A DNA stretch of 40,000 nt from Photobacterium damselae (GTDB lineage Bacteria; Pseudomonadota; Gammaproteobacteria; Enterobacterales; Vibrionaceae). The translations under genes and the position numbers were made by a program. Shown piece by piece: positions 36,438-40,000 of the stretch; the first letter of the stretch is position 1, and every line of letters begins with the position of its first letter. The DNA is taken from NCBI RefSeq assembly GCF_003026815.1, contig NZ_PYOG01000011.1:233-40232 (forward strand), given 5' to 3'. The notes under the pieces are model-generated. The model saw only the letters and a list, made by a program, of their open reading frames with translations. It was not told the DNA's origin and did no database searches.

Positions 36438-37864
36438 TACAACGTCTCCTTGTGGGTCTTTGTTTTATGAACATTAAATTGAGCGATATAGCTATCCAAC
36501 TGCTGGATAAAAATATCTATATCATGTGGTAATAAGGTAGCGACATTTAAGATCAATTGATTACGGTTAAGATAGCCAATAATAGGCACAGCAAAAGAGC
36601 GTAACGCCTCAAGATGTTGTTGTGCTTTTCCGGGTAATGTAAGAGTTAAGCCCAGACAAGGATAGGTCTCAGTTGGGATGGAGCCGCCCCCTACTTGCAT
36701 TTGCAACTCTGTTATACAACTAAATGGTTTCCAGCGTTTTGCTAATTGCTCGGCAAGGTGCTTTTTCTCTGCTAATGCTTGCAGTGTGCGCTCAGCAATC
36801 CCTTTGCCACTCTCTTTCTTATTTAGCTTATCGATCAATAATTGTTCAAGTAACGACAAAACAATACGGCTGCTTCTAAATGCTCGCATCATAGGATTTT
36901 TACTTAGCCGCAGACACAGAGCTTTATCTCCTGCAATGATCCCAGCTTGTGGGCCGCCCAGTATTTTGTCGCCCGAAAAACAGACCAGATCTGCGCCCAT
37001 TTTTAGATAGGTTTGCAGAGCGGTTTCACTTTGAGCATAACTTTCACTTGAAAGCCCGGAACCTTGATCGACCACCAGAGCAATATGTTCCGGTAAACGC
37101 TTAGCAACATCAGAAATATCAGGAGATTCTGTAAAACCTTGCATAGAAAAATTAGATTGGTGGACCATCAACACCATGGCAGTATTTTCAGTAATCGCAT
37201 TAATGTAGTCATCACTGGTCGTAATATTGGTTGTTCCAACTTCGACCAAAGTGCATCCAGATAACGCTAAAATATCAGGAATACGAAAACCACCGCCAAT
37301 TTGAATTTGCTCACCCCGGGAAACAATCACTTCTTTTCCTGCAGCTAAACCATGTAACGCCAGATAAATAGAGGCCGCATTGTTATTAACCACAACACAC
37401 TCTTCAGCACCTAACCAACTGTGAACTAGACTCGATAATAAACCGTTACGTTCTCCGCGCTTACCATCACTTAATTTCAATTCTAGATTCGAATAACTGG
37501 TATTGAGTTCACTAACTTGTTGCCATAATTGTTGGTGTATCGGTGAGCGGCCAAGGTTGGTATGCACAGCAATACCCGTTGCATTAATCACACGCTGCTG
37601 ACGTTGTTCTCTTATGATCTGACAACGTTGCCTAACCAATTGGTTAATATCAAAAGCCGCAACGCCTTGAGCTTGAAATTGAGAGTCGAGACGAAGTTTA
37701 GCAAATAGCGTACGAATGATATCGGTAACAACAGGACGACTGAGTTGCTCAATATATATCTGAAACTCAGCTTGTTGCAGCAGTTTTTCTACTTGGGGTA
37801 AACGAAAATTAGGCTTTGATGTAATAGGGGGAGATTTTACATCGGGCTCTGAATAGAGAGTCAC
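36437..37864 (-). CDS. selA: L-seryl-tRNA(Sec) selenium transferase SelA
   Basis: GTG start with AAAGGA SD. Blocks INATGIAVHTNLGRS, VVNNNAASIYL, EVIVSRGEQIQIGGGFRIPD and FSGDKILGGPQAGII (PLP Lys) colinear with E. coli SelA. Confidence 0.92.
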   Translation of the reverse strand: MTLYSEPDVKSPPITSKPNFRLPQVEKLLQQAEFQIYIEQLSRPVVTDIIRTLFAKLRLDSQFQAQGVAAFDINQLVRQRCQIIREQRQQRVINATGIAVHTNLGRSPIHQQLWQQVSELNTSYSNLELKLSDGKRGERNGLLSSLVHSWLGAEECVVVNNNAASIYLALHGLAAGKEVIVSRGEQIQIGGGFRIPDILALSGCTLVEVGTTNITTSDDYINAITENTAMVLMVHQSNFSMQGFTESPDISDVAKRLPEHIALVVDQGSGLSSESYAQSETALQTYLKMGADLVCFSGDKILGGPQAGIIAGDKALCLRLSKNPMMRAFRSSRIVLSLLEQLLIDKLNKKESGKGIAERTLQALAEKKHLAEQLAKRWKPFSCITELQMQVGGGSIPTETYPCLGLTLTLPGKAQQHLEALRSFAVPIIGYLNRNQLILNVATLLPHDIDIFIQQLDSYIAQFNVHKTKTHKETL

Positions 37865-37968
37865 GGCACGTATCCTTTGCTGGTTTTAGACAACACGAAC
37901 CAAGCCAAATAATCAGCTTAGATGTCTTGTTCAATGACATTGATAAAACCATTTATACGCGCGTGAAA

Positions 37969-38060
37969 TGGCGGAAGAGGCAGGAATCGAACCTGCCAAA
38001 GCATATACTGCTCACATCGGTTTTGAAGACCGAGAAGGCCACCAGACCTCATCTCATTCC
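37969..38060 (-). tRNA. selC: tRNA-Sec (anticodon UCA)
   Basis: My fold of the 92-nt RNA: GGAAUGAG AU GAGGUC-UGGU-GGCCUU C UCGGU-CUUCAAA-ACCGA UGU GAGCA-GUAUA-UGCUU UG GCAGG-UUCGAUU-CCUGC CUCUUCC G CCA. It has a 6-bp D stem with a 4-nt loop, a UCA anticodon (38024-38026), a long variable arm and an encoded CCA, all tRNA-Sec hallmarks. Confidence 0.88.
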
Positions 38061-38324
38061 AAATTCCCGCAAAAGATATAGGGATTTGGCCTCTTTTTTA
38101 TTGATCTAACGCATTTATCATACAAAAATAATGGAATTGAATATTTCATTATAGAGCGAAACACTTTTTTGCTATCAAACCATATCTTTGTTTCTACTTA
38201 AAGCTAATCATATCCTCAAGCAACACTATTGCCAGTCTTGTTATATCTTACCGCTTAGAATTATGTCCAAATGATTTGTTATAAAGATTTGGACATAATT
38301 AAATCATTTTACATCTAATCAATA

Positions 38325-38924
38325 TTATGTATTACGATATTTTTCCCATATCTTATCAAGGTAAATTTCGCCGACTCTATGTCCATAACTACTGGTTTCA
38401 TGTTTATTTAAAGAATTATATAAAGTTGCTACTCTTACTACACAGGGTTCATTAAGTCTTAACGCAATTCGTTTTAAGACTACCGCCGCTAAATGAACTC
38501 GCGCCATTTCAGAATATTTAATATCTTCCATCGAATAACCTAATTGATGCACGATGGGTTCCCAAAGCTGATAATTAATATTAATAGGGAATGGGTTTGG
38601 ATGAGATCGATGAAAAGGGTTTGAGTGACAATTTCGCGTTTCCATATATATGATCGCTTTCAACAAATTCTCATCAATCCCGACACTATTAGCAATATCA
38701 TCAATAAAATCAAGAACACTACAATCAAAGCCATAACACTCATAGGCCGTAATCCAATTTTTATAGTAACTGGACATTTCTACCGTAAAAAGAGCAGTTC
38801 TATCATTATTGATAACATTCACTCGATGTTGATAAATAGTAATATTCGTCAACTTCATTTTTGTATTTGAGGAAAGTAAAAATTTTTCTTTGAAATTATG
38901 AGGAGTAATTTTAACTCTAGCCAT
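38325..38924 (-). CDS. Hypothetical protein with a C-terminal lytic-transglycosylase (SLT, IagB/IpgF/VirB1-like) domain
   Basis: The segment LLKAIIYMETR..ININYQLWEPIVHQLGYSMEDI..VHLAAVVL..VATLYNSL aligns by eye to the SLT blocks (AIxxxES, GLMQI, AYNAG). No signal peptide is evident. The gene and its flanks are visibly more AT-rich than the neighbours. Confidence 0.5.
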   Translation of the reverse strand: MARVKITPHNFKEKFLLSSNTKMKLTNITIYQHRVNVINNDRTALFTVEMSSYYKNWITAYECYGFDCSVLDFIDDIANSVGIDENLLKAIIYMETRNCHSNPFHRSHPNPFPININYQLWEPIVHQLGYSMEDIKYSEMARVHLAAVVLKRIALRLNEPCVVRVATLYNSLNKHETSSYGHRVGEIYLDKIWEKYRNT

Positions 38925-39231
38925 AAATTATAACCTACTGCTACCTTATTGTTATTTTGCGCAGGAATTATAATTCATAATATTATTAGTCAATTTTATA
39001 CTATCTATTTTTTACTCATATTTAACAGCGTTTATAAATTATGCATTAATTATCCTATAAACTATTATTTAATGATAAATATAACAATTAAATCTTTACA
39101 CTAACTTACAAATAAATCGATCGACATTATTGTTTTATAAATATAAATGACAAAATTAACGATATTTAAATACGGTATATAGATTAATCTAAGTGAGTTA
39201 TCTCATCCCACTTAAACTGAAAAGTGGTGTA

Positions 39232-39294
39232 ATACCCAAGCGACTAAGTTAAGTTGCACTCACAATACTGTGTATCTTAACGTCGCTTGGGTAT
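39232..39294 (-). terminator. Long stem-loop downstream of the GH92 gene
   Basis: ATACCCAAGCGAC / GTCGCTTGGGTAT forms a perfect 13-bp outer stem. A GTTAAG / CTTAAC inner stem follows after a 3-nt bulge. Confidence 0.45.
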
Positions 39295-39306
39295 AGGGTA
39301 AGAGGA

Positions 39307-40000
39307 TTAGTTAGGCTTTTGATCTGTCATCACAAACCGTAGTTCACCACCAGCTTTAATGTCACTGTGGTTAAAGAAAACACCATCCGTTAACGGCTTG
39401 CCATTAATACTAACCGATTGAACATAGTAATTATCATCACTATTATTTTCAGCAATCACTTTAAAGACGCCGCCTTTGACAGGAATATCGGCTTCATCAA
39501 ACAGTGGGCGGCCGATAGTATAAACCGTACTGCCTGGTGACACTTGATAGAAACCTAAAGCACTCATTACATACCATGACGACATTGCTCCAACATCTTC
39601 ATTGCCAATAATGCCATTAGGCAAAGTGGTATAGAAGGTATCTAAGATATAATCGACATACTCTTGGGTTTTCCACGGCTCAGATGTGTAGTTATATAAA
39701 TACGCTACGTGATGGTCAGGCTCATTACCATGAACATATTGACCAATTAAGCCCGTCATATCTGCAGTACCTTCTAGAGGTTTTGCATTAAATAGTGCGT
39801 CTAGATTGCTTAAAAACGCCGCTTCTCCCCCCATAACGTATTTCAGACCATTGATGTCATGAGGAACAAACCATGTCCATTGCCACGCATTACCTTCAGT
39901 ATAATTTCCCGTTTCATGAACCGCGTTATAAGGGTCAAAAGGAGTGCTCCAACTGCCATCACTCATAATTGGGCGCATAAAACCAGTACTGTTATGTTCG
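39307..40000 (-). CDS. Glycoside hydrolase family 92 (alpha-mannosidase-like), 3' part only; gene continues beyond the window
   Basis: The frame stays open upstream of the track's Met to position 40000 (..EHNSTGFMRPIM..). GH92-type blocks YTEGNAWQWTWFVPHD and GQYVHGNEPDHHVAYLYNY. Confidence 0.8.
   Translation of the reverse strand, partial: EHNSTGFMRPIMSDGSWSTPFDPYNAVHETGNYTEGNAWQWTWFVPHDINGLKYVMGGEAAFLSNLDALFNAKPLEGTADMTGLIGQYVHGNEPDHHVAYLYNYTSEPWKTQEYVDYILDTFYTTLPNGIIGNEDVGAMSSWYVMSALGFYQVSPGSTVYTIGRPLFDEADIPVKGGVFKVIAENNSDDNYYVQSVSINGKPLTDGVFFNHSDIKAGGELRFVMTDQKPN

Noticed and set aside
37865-37968. A SECIS-like SelB autoregulatory hairpin in the selA leader
   Set aside because: The only stem I can draw (UUGGUU / AACCAG with a 12-nt loop) lacks the GGUC-type apical loop, so the sequence alone does not support it.
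37927-38109. Track ORF 37927-38109 (+, 60 aa)
   Set aside because: It lies antisense across the tRNA-Sec gene and has no SD. The tRNA fold explains the sequence.
37865-38324. selC as an integration site of a genomic island
   Set aside because: Islands normally insert at the tRNA 3' end. Here that end is only 104 nt from selA. I found no integrase gene and no direct repeat of the tRNA 3' segment. Only the 5' flank is compositionally odd, and that is reported separately.
983-38870. Short track ORFs nested in or antisense to larger genes: 983, 4678, 5568, 5925, 9561, 10514, 10929, 13605, 16525, 17793, 19037, 20764, 21712, 23377, 24532, 25229, 25538, 25554, 26736, 26810, 28605, 30755, 32168, 32180, 32490, 32612, 33280, 33514, 34637, 35087, 36678, 38625
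   Set aside because: Each overlaps a longer ORF that has clear family motifs or a better gene context. None has a convincing SD or recognisable motifs. Their low-complexity composition is typical of off-frame translation.

Overview
This window comes from an AT-rich gammaproteobacterial chromosome. Gene content suggests a marine Vibrionaceae- or Psychromonas-like organism, but that is a guess. About 17.6-33.1 kb is a minus-strand formate hydrogenlyase (hydrogenase-3 type) locus made of three units: hycBCDEFGHI, hydN-fdhF and fhlA-fdhD-hypA-hypB. The ORF track splits fdhF in two at an in-frame TGA (24104-24106). This TGA sits where E. coli FdhH has selenocysteine 140 and is followed by a SECIS-like hairpin, so the gene runs 22379-24523. 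Both hyc and hydN-fdhF have near-consensus sigma54 (-24/-12) promoters. Upstream of each promoter are arrays of a shared GTGTCGAA / TTCGACAC motif, which are candidate FhlA enhancers. hypB carries 15 perfect tandem copies of a 9-bp unit encoding (Asp-His-His)n. At 34.6-38.1 kb the Sec-decoding genes selC (tRNA-Sec), selA and selB are colinear on the minus strand. Other content: an uncharacterised envelope operon (lipoprotein, small secreted protein, OM beta-barrel; 741-3933) behind a 740-bp ORF-free AT-rich leader; ybbP-ybbA divergent from tesA with overlapping start codons; an Ap4A-phosphorylase-like gene pair; a FecCD-type ABC importer; a CARB/PSE-like class A beta-lactamase; selO/ydiU; several lipoprotein or OMP genes; a YoaK/DUF1275 membrane protein; an AT-rich orphan SLT-like gene; and the 3' part of a GH92 mannosidase gene that runs off the window. 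I found no CRISPR array, transposase, integrase or rRNA. I do not see a convincing brand-new multi-gene system. The least explained pieces are the 741-3933 envelope module and the 8879-10089 gene pair. The most informative signals are regulatory or recoding features inside the well-known FHL/Sec gene set. All homology statements rest on remembered family motifs and sequences, not on searches.
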